The notes beneath the pieces were generated by a model. The model was not told where the DNA came from. It worked only from the letters and a program-made list of their open reading frames with translations, and searched no databases. The position numbers were made by a program, and so were the translations under genes. A stretch of DNA of 57,914 bases, the filler included, from Gonapodya sp. JEL0774 (lineage: Eukaryota): assembly GCA_027604505.1 (NCBI GenBank). It is 4 parts of 4 records of this genome, joined end to end, with 100 filler letters (N's around TTAATTAATTAA, not from the genome) between each part and the next. Parts side by side here need not be neighbours in the genome. Positions count along the whole stretch, not along the records: positions 1 to 14,529 come from JADIIX010000311.1; 3 more parts are not named here. One strand, written 5' to 3'. Shown here in pieces: positions 1 to 12,571 of this stretch (within the stretch, counting starts at the first letter, position 1; each line of letters begins with the position of its first letter).

Positions 1-1029
1 CTTGACAGATGCTCATCTTCTGACTCTTCTCACTCCGCCCTTGTCTCTTATTTCGCGTTCTTCTTCTCCGCCGCTCATCAAGTTGAACTTCCTTCTCCGC
101 CTTCTCCGTCAAGCGGGGACCCAAATTCCATCGCCAGGACTCATTCAAATAGATGGAATGACTATGGTGAGTCTCTGTGAACGCCAAAAGCTGTTGGGAA
201 GACGGAAGTTTGGTGTGGGGTGATGCTGTCTGAACAGGATGCACTTCTTGCTTCTGCTGAGAGTCTGAGACAATTGCTGATCATTCCGACTTGCTCTCTC
301 AACATTTGCCTCCCTTCCGTGCCACATATCTGTTCACTGCGCTTGAGAATAAACTTCGAACGAGTCCTCGTCTCAAAACTCGATGAACAGCAACAGAGAG
401 CTCTGCGAGTATGCAAACCTAACGTGAGTCACTTTGCTTTAGCGCAATTATGAGTGTGAACTTGAGAGCTCAGCATGTCGTTGTTGCACCTCTGGTTGTA
501 TCGCTATCGCGAACATCGAACTAACTCAAGCGTCCATGCATGACCTTCATACAACGACAAGGGACGAGCGGCAAGGTACGTGCTTGCGTGCTCCACTCGC
601 ATTTCTCTTCCTCGTTGATGCATAGTCCTACATCCGAACATATTCATTCGCAGAACTCATCAAGCACGGATCACCAACATGGTATTCAACCCTCCTGATG
701 GACTCATTCAGGTTCAAGCTCACCCCCATGGCGGCCACCCCTCCAGCCTCCCTTCTTTCGTGATTGGGCACGACAACGGTGGACGGGTCTTGGGAAGGTT
801 GTATGAGCGACGTGAGATTGCGTTTCACACGTTTTATCAACCACCATGATTTCGCAGCTTTTCGATGTTCACTTTTGGCAGACGTTGCAAACTATTATGC
901 TACGCTATCAAAACCCGACCCCAGCCCCAAATACGTGGTATTTACTATTTCCACCAATTTCCTCCTCCTGCTCCGAACACCTTGAGCCAATTAAACCCAC
1001 TTCATTTGAAGATCGCTTAACAAACACGG

Positions 1030-2790
1030 GTACCTGGTCATTATATCTTGTGCAATCTATTTTGTACGGTGAGCGACACTTTTCAGAGCTGATAGTCCCA
1101 AGTTCACATCATGTCGCTGTTTGCCTACAAGTTATGGCTATGTTCACAAGATTCAGAATTTCAAGCGTAATGCCCTCGAGAATGTGAAATTGTTTTGGTA
1201 AGTCACCAGCCAGTTTCACGAGAATAAATTTTACTGGATCTATTTGAGATATTGACGCTCTTTCCTTTCACACTAGATTATCACTCAAACCGTCTGCCAG
1301 AATCTGAAGGTTGCATCTCCATTACGACCGCTGGGAGAACTGTTGCCGCACCAGAGATTGCTTCGTCGCAACAGTGCGGGGTCTGAAAGGACGTGACTGG
1401 AAAGAGGAAGTTCAATGAAAGTGACTGGCATGACTCCGATGCCTCAAGATGGTTTTATCAAACATTGCCATGCTTACTTGGTAGGTCGCTGCATTACGTC
1501 CTAGCTTTTCGTAACTAAAGAAGATTGTGATCTTGCCCTTGACACTAGACGGTTACATCAACCCTTTCTCCCAATCTTGGAGGTCGCGGTGATTGACATT
1601 TGCAAGAGCCGAATGTCGCAAGCTCACGGCACGTTGTGCTCAGCCTACACGGTTCAGAGGTGTAATTCGCAATTTTCAAACTTTCCAAGATACTTTTCTC
1701 AAAAAGGGGGCATGCTTATTCGGTAAGTCCGCACATCAGTGTCAACGTGACTTTCACTGAAATCGTCTCGCCGATTCTTGAAGGTCGCGTCTCAATTAGG
1801 AACCCACATTGGACGGCCTGGAGAGCCGTCACCGCGTCTGAGCTTGCTCCTTCGCAACAATGTGGGGATCCGAAAGGACAAGATCGGAAAGCGGAGGTTA
1901 TGGATGCGACTGTGCGATCTATTGTGGACGGTGAGTGACAATTGCGAGAGCCGAATGTCGCAAGCTCACGGCACGTTGTGCTCAGCCTACACNNNNNNNN
2001 NNGGTTATGGATGCGACTGTGCGATCTATTGTGGACGGTGAGTGACAATTGCGAGAGCCGAATGTCGCAAGCTCACGGCACGTTGTGCTCAGCCTACACG
2101 GTTCAGAGGTGTAATTCGCAATTTTCAAACTTTCCAAGATACTTTTCTCAAAAAGGGGGCATGCTTATTCGGTAAGTCCGCACATCAGTGTCAACGTGAC
2201 TTTCACTGAAATCGTCTCGCCGATTCTTGAAGGTCGCGTCTCAATTAGGAACCCACATTGGACGGCCTGGAGAGCCGTCACCGCGTCTGAGCTTGCTCCT
2301 TCGCAACAATGTGGGGATCCGAAAGGACAAGATCGGAAAGCGGAGGTTATGGATGCGACTGTGCGATCTATTGTGGACGGTGAGTGACAATTGCGAGAGC
2401 CGAATGTCGCAAGCTCACGGCACGTTGTGCTCAGCCTACACGGTTCAGAGGTGTAATTCGCAATTTTCAAACTTTCCAAGATACTTTTCTCAAAAAGGGG
2501 GCATGCTTATTCGGTAAGTCCGCACATCAGTGTCAACGTGACTTTCACTGAAATCGTCTCGCCGATTCTTGAAGGTCGCGTCTCAATTAGGAACCCACAT
2601 TGGACGGCCTGGAGAGCCGTCACCGCGTCTGAGCTTGCTCCTTCGCAACAATGTGGGGATCCGGAAGGACATGAATGGAAAGCGGACGTTCACTTAGAAG
2701 CCATTCGGTGTTCTATAAATTGGAGATTGTGAGTGACGTTGTTCAGGATGAAATTTCGAAGATCCCTTAGCGTTTTTCTGCCACCATCAC
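1030..2790 (+). repeat. Tandem array of a ~342-bp unit: identical copies at 1605-2661 and degenerate copies at ~1030-1600 and ~2662-2790
   Basis: GCCGAATGTCGCAAGCTCACGG recurs at 1608, 1950, 2057 and 2399 (period 342 on each side of a 10-N gap at 1993-2002). Diverged matches lie upstream: CAATCTATTTTGTACGGTGAGCG (~1053), CTGAAGGTTGCATCTCC (~1304), CATGCTTACTTGGTAGGT (~1469). Confidence 0.93.
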
Positions 2791-3422
2791 AGAGCCCTAA
2801 GTCAGCGCATCGCTTTTTTGCCGCTGGCATTTGAATCACTTAATTTGTTGTTAGACTGCGTTCTTGACTACCAGGGATTCCAACGTGGCTTGACACAACC
2901 ACGTGGAGCGCATTTCCCATCCACCTCTTATTGGTGCGCTCTAGAAATTTCATGGTCTCTTGCACTTCCTGAGGCATGGCGGTTAAGCGATGGGGTTCCT
3001 GTGTGGAGTCAATTTAATTTTCAACATGACTGTGTTGGTTTTTTACATATGACATCAGGTTCTCTGACTGCGTCTTCTTCATGATACGTCCCCATTAATT
3101 GGCGGTGACAGAGAAGTGGTCCGGGAGCGGAGAACTCTTGAAAAAGGCAAATGTGCACAAGACGGTGGTGTCAATGAATAAGGCACAGAGGTGGGTTGGC
3201 GATGAACAACTGTGGGGCGGTGGCACCGCGGGTCTGGAGTGTCGTTTGGGAGTGTGGCGACTGACGATTAACAGTGACGGCGGGAGGTGAAGGTTAGTAT
3301 AGAAGAACACATCGTGAATAGTGATCATTCATGTGATCACCATGCAGAGAGTCAACCATTTATTTCGCTTATGTCAGAATTTTGGGTAGTATTTAAGCAA
3401 TAATATCGTTCTCACATATAGC

Positions 3423-5727
3423 TCATCCAGCATTTACACGAGCATTTTCAATATAATGGACTTGACCCCCCAGGGTATTGCGGAGTTCTTGCTCCACCAT
3501 CAGATCACCAGATTCAAGAAGGCCAGCTATGCAGAAGGCTGCACGTGTGGATTTCTCTGGATATTTGGCAAAAAGGATCTGCCAAGATTGAATATGGGGT
3601 GTAATTGCAGTAAGGAAAAGTCGGGGGAACAATCGAGCGCATCCATCTTCATGTGCTTGGATTGGCCGTGTAAGTTCCCAGAACAACCATCTCGCCGGGT
3701 GAAAGAGAGCGTGTGTAACAAGATTATGGGGGTTATCATCACCATCTGTCTCCTTTGGTGGGATGGAAGGTGGTGGTTCGTTCGCCAACACTGAAAGCAT
3801 CTGGAGGATTGGTGCCTTATCACATGCAACTGTGAGTGCATACACAATAACTCAGTACAGTCATTTATTTTGATATCGATTTGGTTTGCTTACCATTGGA
3901 ATTTCTCAACAATGTACACAGAAGCATTCGTCCTTCTCGCCACCTTATAGTTTTGTTCAACGATGAAATTCCTCCTGCAATGACTCCTCGAACGAGCAAA
4001 GGCCCCATATCCATAACAATCTGCCCCGATGTAGACAACTGCGCTTGGTGACTCCAAGCCCTGATAATGGGATCTCCGCGATCAAGGTGTTGCAGTGGCG
4101 CAAGATTCATGGAAGCCCATGACGGAAGGTTAAGGGCAGCCGGCATCATCATTTGGAGTGCGATGTTACGCCCACACAAGTACTCCAAGAATGTGGAAGG
4201 ATTGGGGAGAACCGTTGGGTTCTGCACAAAGACACTGATAACAGTTTGCAAACGTGTGTACAGGGTCACGGAACATACCACTTTATGAAGGAACTCGAAG
4301 GGGCATTTCCGTACTCACGAGCGAGCATCATCCCAGATATCGCATAATTGCATTATCACCCGCGAACCGCACTCGTCTGTCCACAGCTCATGAATTTGCT
4401 GTTTCAGCGACGTGACGATTTCCTTTCTCCCCACTGAGCTTGAGTACAGTAGACTAAGACGAACGATTTTACATCCTTCCTCATTTCGAGTCATTTTACC
4501 AAACCAAGGCAGAAGCTGGCGAATGAGCGGAAGCACTCGATCATCGAATGAACCGCGGGCAAGGAGAGCCGGTGGAGAAATAGCAAAGTTCAATCCTGCA
4601 CAGTAAAAGAATCGCTTTGCTGCGTTCATGAAAAAAGGTCCATTCGCACGAGCTGGAGCAATCGCTAAAACAGCTTCCAAGAAGCCCTGAGCATTATTCA
4701 AAAACCTCGTCCGATTCACCTCGTCGGATTTCACAAGAAGATCATGTAAGCTTCGGGCATTGCTTGCATCAAGAAAGGAGCCGTTTGGTATAAATTCTTC
4801 ACCATAAAGCGTCTGGAGCATGGCATCACGAAGAGCCGAGTTCGCGTAGCGCTCGAAAAAGACATCCACAACTGCTGCTCCGAGATCGTTTCTCAAAAGA
4901 TTCATAATGGCAGTTGGAGATTGAAAAAGATCAGTGAAAATGACATTCTGAAAGCCAGTGCTGTGATGGTGCAGAGTTGCACATTGTGACGGTCAAAAGC
5001 AAGACAAAAGACAGCCGTCTCGAACAAGAAAGGACTCACCAGAAACACAAAATTTTGAGGACAATATCTTTTCCCATACTTGTTTGTGCAAGTGTATGGT
5101 AGCTTCCTGAGAGTTCAACAGCAATAGCATTCCGAATGGTCGAGTCACCGACACGAAGAAGTGTCTGAAGAACTGCTGCAAAGGCACAGCCGGTGGTCGC
5201 AAACTATGTACAGTGTGTTGTGTGATAGCGAATAGCTTATTTGTGTCCCATAGACTCAAAAGCGGGAGATGAGCGTACCATTCGCACTCGACCTTTCACC
5301 ATGAGCCACAAATTGCCAATATAGACCTTCCTGGATTCGTGAGGACTATTATTCACCAAGTTCCATAACGCTTTAAGTTGGATTATATCTCGCTCTTTGA
5401 GGAATTGATCGGGTGCCGACCATAAGCTGGTCGAGCTGGTAGCCTGCTGTTCGCCTTGGTCAGGATGTGTTTGTAGAAAGTTCCGCCTTTTGAGAGCTCT
5501 CTTCCGAGCGTTGAGGCTCACTAAATCCAAGAGAGAGTATTCTTGTCAGCGTGGCAACGAGATTTGATCGGGGTGCAACACCGACAAGCATGACGTTGCA
5601 ACACTAGCACGTCAGGTGCCGTCGAGGGCACCGATGTCTGGTCAACTGGTGGAGTCTGGGGGGCGACGCGGGACCGTAAAACCGCAGAAATAGATGTCGA
5701 ACAGGAAGAAAGTGCCTGGGGAGTCAT
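3423..5727 (-). CDS. Divergent Puf6/PUM3 (Pumilio-repeat/CPL) family RNA-binding protein, multi-exon
   Basis: Spliced exons give motifs that parallel Puf6/PUM3 in order: LKALWNLVNNSPHESRKVYIGNLWLMVKGRV, AAVLQTLLRVGDSTIRNAIAVELSGSY, VVDVFFERYANSALRDAMLQTLYGEEF, GCKIVRLSLLYSSSVGRKEIVTSLK...DECGSRVIMQLCDIWDD and RAAFCIAGLLESGD. GT..AG introns keep the frame. Start and end are approximate. Confidence 0.72.
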
Positions 5728-6608
5728 GAGCAGGGGAGGGAAGAAGGAGGGCACGGCGAGGTGCAATGGCGAGTCATGTCAGCGCAGCGAGGGAAGCCGC
5801 CTGCAGGGCGGCTTACGGATGCAAAGCGCTTGTTCTTACGGAATCGGACATTGAGAGCTGGGGAATGCTAAAATTTGGACAAAAACTTGCACCGGCGTTT
5901 GTTGGGCTTCGAAGACCGGGGGCGCCTGGCCTCGCCGGCTCTGACAGGAGTTCCGGTGGACTGGAATGAACGGTGGAGAGACGCTGGCTGCCTGCGCTGG
6001 ACAGATCGTCAAACACTATAGTACGAGCAGATGACTGAGCACAGTCTCCCCACGAAAACATGGGGATCTACGGCTAAACTATTACTCCGACATGCACCAA
6101 TCCGCCAGATGGCAACCGCGAGCACCCCTAGCCTGACAAGTTTGATCCTGAAATGTATTATCGACAGCTCGATGCGACTGAGGTGCTCCCACTATTCCTC
6201 CCCAATTCTTAATATGTACGCTAACTTTCATTGTAGGCATTCACCGCTATTTATCGAAACGAGCACTCTAATCTGATACCGTGCGGTTCGCCGGCCGGGT
6301 CGTAGGGTCATGAACTGCACTAAAATATATTTACAAATCAGCACGACCCCAGTTTGGGCCTCCGTGTCCGGCCAAGTCAGAGCGCACAGATGTGTGAAAC
6401 GAGGCATACTAGCCACTTGACTACAAACGAAAGACTCCAATCTGCGCAATGACTCGAGTCTGGGGGTCATGTTGGTTCGCTCAGTGGTCCAGATGAAAAA
6501 TCTGCCAGTTCCAGCAGTGGGGTTGAACGAAAAAAAAAGAAGAGAGGTAGAAATGTGTCACCAACAATAGTGTTGATGACAGGGAAGAGAGTGGGTGGGA
6601 GAGACTGA

Positions 6609-9156
6609 TCACCCATCCAAGTTCCAGAACTGCATGACGGGGAAGGAAACGTAGAGATTACTAATATTGCTAGCAGCAGCAGAGCGCATGCGAGTTATGG
6701 AGATTGTGTGGGATGTGGGCGCCAGGTGCTTGGGTCCGGTGGGACGAACTGAATCGAATTGCCTCCAGCGTCTTTCGACGTGGGGCCACCAACTTCGAGG
6801 GCCGGAGTTGGCACGGCAAGCAACGAGCAAAAAACCAGGACGTCGTCGGATGCGCCTCAGACGTATCACCAAAGTTACCGTGCAGGCAGGGGCAGATTTC
6901 GGGGAGAGAAGAGGACCGTGACACAGGATGTCCACGACAACTGCATCCACATCCATGATCCTTGCTTGACCAGAAAGCACTCCGTGGGTCAGCAAGGCCG
7001 GAACGTGGCATCTCGGCGTGGTTATGGGCGTGCAATTCACCGTCAGGACCTTTCGGGTCTGAGATCTAAGTCGATTCGTCTGAGTATCTGCCACCGTCTT
7101 CTGCTTCAACGGCTTCCGTTTCTGTACAGGACTTAACAGGTAATGTGCCCGCTGCAGCCGTCAGAACTCCACCGAGTGGCTTCGCCCGTTGCTGATTACT
7201 GACCATCTTGCCAATTTCGATATCGTTTGCCAAATTATCGCTGATTTGTGTCCCAGATGTGCCTATTGGCGAAGTGAGGCCCAAATCTGTCACAAGCTCA
7301 GGGAGTGCTCGTCCTGGTCGAGCAGGACTGACACCCTCAAAGGCGGGAATGGGTTCAGAGAAAAGTGAACGGAGGTAGTCATTATTGTCGTAAAAGGTGG
7401 AGAAATCCACCGGCGGGTCCTGCTAGGGAGCGGATTGGACAATTGCGATACTGGATGAGCATGCAGCGGGAGCAAACCGGCAGGCTCGGAGCGCTGGCGA
7501 GCACGGATGTAGAAGTGAACATGATTGTTTACGCTTGCATGGCTTTTTTGATGGCGGCCCCGGATCAGATTGCCATGAACGGTTAAGGGTGAAGTGAAGA
7601 GCCCCCTGAACGCTTGCGCGTGGATTGCCGAGGAGGTCGTGGTTGTTCGGAAGCAAGGTCCGTTTTCATTGTGGGTAGAGGGATACTAAGAGCAGCAGTT
7701 ATGTCCAGAAGTGTGCGATCGTGGTTAGTGCTGTTGATGTTGATTGGCAAGGAGAACGCGAAAGGGTCTAACTCGAGAGAATATGCGGCCGGATCATTTT
7801 GGCTGACCTGAATCCTCAGCAGAAGATTCAAAAATCTTGTCGTCCGAAGAGGGTGTAAGAAGGGAGGGAAACAACTGGAACCAAAAAGAAGGAGGACGTT
7901 CTGGAGACGAGCGGAGGTGACGGGGAGACAGGCAGGGAGGCGAAGGTGAGATGCGATTTAGGGTGCTGGCGGATTGGAGCCCCCACTAGAGGTGGTATTG
8001 CTGCAAGCAGACTTTGCAAAAGGGCGGTCTCGCTTAGTGGGTGTCACTGGAGGCACCGCACGAGTGTGTTTAAAGCCAAACTCAAGCTGAAAGCTGGTAC
8101 GTTGAGTGACGTCACGACGAGTCTCTCTCGGGATCCACAGTTTTGACGAGGGGGTGATTGCGGGAGTGTTGATGGAAGTGCTTTCCGTTTGCTCTTGGTC
8201 GTCGAGGACTCGGACTTGACAGTAACAACAGAGTTTGGTGGACGAAAGCTTGCTTGCGTAGCTGCCTGAAGAGAGTTGAGGGAGGTCCAACGCTTTTGGA
8301 ATCTTCGAACGCGCGTCCGGAGAGCTACTGCGAGACTAGTAACGAGCTCTGGGGCCATGCTGATTCACTGCAGCCCGAAGGAGAGTGTCCTCGAGAAATG
8401 ACCACGATGAAGGGCGGGAGAAACGACCTTTCTGGAGTTCAGGCTTGAGCTCTGAGGGCACACGAGAAAGCTGTTAGCGTCTATAGGCACCCCGTTAGCT
8501 GATAAATCATAGAGGTCGAGGTAGATTATGTCCTGATGAAAGGGGATCGAGACGGGAAACGGGTGTGAATGGGGGAGCACCGGGGATTCAACAAGAGACG
8601 CAGATACCGGGGATACCAACTCGTATCATTCCGCAAGCGCTGAGACATAAAACGATTCTCTCCAAAGTTCCGTGATCTGAACGGTGCAAGCTGTGTTCAT
8701 ATGAATCGCAGAACGATGAGTACAACTGCCGCTAAACATCGTTCGGGACTCGGATACAGCAAAAATTAGGAAGCTTCGAGCTGCGTGGTATATGGGCCGA
8801 CTGGATTTGCTGGTAAGAAAGTAGTACCTGCTGCTCATCTGAAAAGGTCTTTGGTACTGAGGTGCAGTTTGAGTTCTGATGCCACCTGCAGTGCAAGCCT
8901 CATATTCAGAGAGACGACACGAAAGTTCCAGTGAAAAAACACTCACCCGAAATGGGAGGGTAGCCATAATCTTCAGATCGTCTTGAGATTGGACATCCAG
9001 AGGCAGGTTTGCTATGTAAATCGTCAGTTGACGTTCACAAATCAGAGATGCAGGAAGACGGGAATACATGCTTGCAAATAAGAGCCTCACTGGAAATGAT
9101 ACGATGGCCATAATCGCGGCCCCGGAGTGTGAGAGGAGAGAAAGATTAAACGGCAT
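6609..9156 (-). other. Cluster of same-strand orphan ORF fragments (possible decayed or lineage-specific gene)
   Basis: Consecutive minus-strand ORFs lie at 8626-9156, 8365-8619, 8044-8358, 7583-7831, 7066-7410 and 6670-7035. The last two share a frame across a single TAG. No family was recognised. Confidence 0.3.
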
Positions 9157-10171
9157 TCACCCTACAATTGTCATGTGAGCAGCCAGAGCGGTCGTCTTTT
9201 CTCGTCAGTCGATCGCAAGAAAGGCGTTATGAAGTCAATCAACATCAATCAACACTCTATCGAATGCGATTCGCTCAAGCCAGCGCAGCGGATGAAACCA
9301 GTCGACCTCCTCCAGCAAGAACCGCACCCAACGCCATCACGGAAAACATTTCTATGAATCCCGATGCTCAAGCAGCGGTGATACAATGCCAGTGGACCAG
9401 ACATCGTCTTTCGCGACGTGGGGGCGAGTGCATCACCATGATCGGGCACGGCCAGCACGAGTGCATTGGACACGGGTGACGTGGTCAGATAGAAGATAAG
9501 CACCCCTGAAACTAGCCAAAGTTTCGATAGCGCCACAACAAATGGGCTGTAAAACACTCTAGCTCTGATGACAGTCCTTGTTTTCTGTCCGAGACAAGTC
9601 CCTCTGTTGGATATTGCTAGCTTCCCGCTGTTTAAATCCAATGTCAGAATAGTCAGGACTCAGGAGCAGCATCTAGCTTGGAAGTTCGTGTCTTCTTGAG
9701 GGTGACCGCGTGAGTTCGTTTTCATTGCATTCAGAAACATCCCGCGCAGCTCAGTGGGAAACTGAAGTCCCAGGTAAAGGTCCGCAGATGGCAATGTTTA
9801 GCTCGGGGACCGGATGAACGGTCCAAAAATTCGTTCTGTGTTCCCTGCTCTGAGTGTTCTCATATTCCACAAGCTTTTGAAACGTCCTGGACACTCTCAA
9901 GGAAACTATAACTCCATCGCGCAAAACCTGAACCAGATCACCATGTGGACAGGGGTCAAGGAGAGCTTCCCCGTGAGTAAGTGCAATGAGCGACCAATTT
10001 TGGTGAGGTTTCCTCGCGGTCGTCTGCGCTTGGAGGAACTTGTAGGATAAATTAGGCTGATTCTTCGATTCCCTCCCCTATTCTTGATTCTCCATCACTT
10101 CATGCAATGTCATTCTCATGCTTTCTATTGCTCTCCATTCTGTCACAACCATGCTCTCCTTGGAACAACAG

Positions 10172-10720
10172 AGTGGTCAGAGTATCGCCGGCGCATTTGA
10201 AGATCTTGACGCACCTGGACCAAGCGGATCTTCCATTGTACCTGCTTCCAATGTATGCTGTGTTCGCTTTTCTCTTCATTCTTCCAGCATGTGCTTCTCA
10301 CGACTCTTTCAATTGACCACCGTATTCAGGCTTCCCTGAACCGCGGTTTACGAGTACTGGACTCCTCGGATGCTGACATTTTCATGAGGGTGTTTGAAGA
10401 GCAACAAGCATTCATCGTTGATCTACAAAAGAGTGATGTGATTCGAAAGGCAGAAATTGACAATCAAGCACAACAAATAGCCGCACTCATGTCGCGTATC
10501 GAAGTCCTTGTAAGTTTCTCATTGCAATGCCTACTTGATAGTGGAAGTACTGTCGCTTATTTAGTTGACTGCACAGGAAGCCAAAAACGGGAAGACTCTC
10601 CCTGATCCGAAACCCAAGGCGCAGCCACCCCGCGGCATAAGTGGGGCACAAAGTAACCGAAAAGCAAAAGCAACAAGAATAGCAATAGCTCCTTATGTGC
10701 CTCGAAGCACTGTCTCGGAA
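10172..10720 (+). CDS. Hypothetical coiled-coil protein, internal exons (gene runs into the N gap at 10784-10881)
   Basis: Exons 10172-10252, 10330-10509 and 10577-10720 are joined in phase by GT..AG introns: SGQSIAGAFEDLDAPG...FEEQQAFIVDLQKSDVIRKAEIDNQAQQIAALMSRIEVL/EAKNGK... Confidence 0.55.
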
Positions 10721-12079
10721 GTGAGTTTTCCATACTCTACAAGTGATGACTGGAGCCTGATCCGATCTTCGCATTCTCGCCACNNNNNNNNNNNNNNNNN
10801 NNNNNNNNNNNNNNNNNNNNNNNNNNNNNNNNNNNNNNNNNNNNNNNNNNNNNNNNNNNNNNNNNNNNNNNNNNNNNNNNNTTTTCTGCTCCGGCCGCAG
10901 ATGGAATGACGTGGTCCACCCACAACAATTTCAGGTCCCGGAACGATGATATCGTGGGTCACTGCAATACGATTGGTACTGTTGCGGATGATACGCATGT
11001 GAAATGATGTGTGGAAGAGAACAAGGTCTATCTGTAACAGTGGGATCAATGTCAAACCGGAGGTGATCACCAAAGACAAATACCGCTTTTGCCACCAAAT
11101 CGACGGATCACGTCACATCAAGGGCTTCCACAGAGGGCCCATGTATCTATTTCATTGTCGTTCCAGTGTGAAATGCAACCTTTTCCATGGCTCTCATGGA
11201 CATAACGTGTAGGTAGTGAGGCAGCATCGATATCTGAAGACAACGCTAACCACAAACTAACAGATAAGACTGACTTTCAAGTTTAATCACATGCAAGCCT
11301 TGTACTCATTTATCCGCCTATTTAGAGCGTCAGATACTTCATCATTGGTGGCTCACAAGAACTTAGTGATCATGGTTATAACTAGTAGCGTGACGTTTGC
11401 ACTCACGACGGCTGGATATATACCAAGCAGTTATTTGCTCTTCATTGGTAGCTAGTGCTACGTATAGTCTAACGGCCGCGTTCGGTGATATGGTTTTGCC
11501 CCAGCTCGACTTCGAGGTTGAAGTGGGACCCATGCAGGTATTGCACCCCAAATAACAAGGGAAGGCAAACCACCAATCCACCTGAAACGACACGCGGCCA
11601 CTAGACACTTGTATTTCTTGCGGAATATATTGCGTTCATTTCTGCGTTCCAATGATCCCCTTTGACGTCGGATCAAACATCTTTATACCGATCGAATGCC
11701 AAAATTACGATGAATATACATACATGTAATTAATTACCAAAGTTTCGAACGAAATTGCATGGGAGTTGACGATGTGAGTCACACGTATTACCTCTGAGAA
11801 ACAAACCTTGAAGTTGTTGAAGGGGTGCCGTTTGGCTTCCAAATTCTCCCCTGATAGTCCCAAGTGCACCCTCCACCAGGGCGGAACCATCAGCAATTGA
11901 CGCTTTCAATCGACCCGACAGCGCTTGCTTCTTTCTTCCCGAACTCATTCCTCTCATTCCACGTTATCGTCCTTTCGGCAGGGTCATGTGGGCACTCGTG
12001 AGTGTGGTCCAAACTTCCGCCCAAACGGACATGTACGGAACTCCCATACTTCATTTGTGGTTGCGCTGCTACTTTTCCA

Positions 12080-12571
12080 GCATCAAACACCTTCCAAAAA
12101 AACCGTGCCCTCGCCGAACAAGGTGGCCACCCCATCGGGCTGGAGCAGCTCGGCTCCGCCGGCGCTCTCCATTCGATCGGTCGTAGCCGACGCCCCACCC
12201 ATGAGCGCGTTTGAGCAGGCACAGCTGGAACTAAAGAAGAAGGACGAGGTGTGGAAGTCGAACTTTCGTAACGCTCTCGTCGCGAATGTGAGTGCTCGCC
12301 CTTTGTTCATTATACCCATGAGGTGAAGGAGGGAGAACGTGATGATGTTCAATATCACATGCCAAAATTGAATCTTTTCTGCCAAATATCTCAGTACGTC
12401 AGAACCAGCCTGTTGGAGGAAAGACTCTCGCGTCTCGAGTCAAACGTGGACCCTCATTCGCAGCTCATCAACGTCGCCGACGCAAAGGAACTCGAGCTCG
12501 CCCAGAAGGCTGCTTTGGACAAGACGCCGGACTGGGTTAAGAGTGGGGCCAACGTCCTGCTCGAGCACGCG
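12080..12571 (+). CDS. Hypothetical protein fragment (two exons)
   Basis: FEQAQLELKKKDEVWKSNFRNALVAN, then an intron GTGAGT(12288)..CAG(12393), then YVRTSLLEERLSRLESNVDPH...LLEHA in phase, followed by a GTATGT donor. No family was recognised. Confidence 0.4.

Noticed and set aside
1605..2661. Tandem repeat as a CRISPR array or rDNA/5S unit
   Set aside because: Units are 342 bp and identical with no unique spacers. No rRNA motifs were seen, and the context is eukaryotic with splice signals.
10882..11900. Possible Ulp1-like protease or transposon relic (WNDNEIDTW motif on the minus strand)
   Set aside because: Only one short motif among many stops, with no catalytic His/Asp/Cys pattern found.
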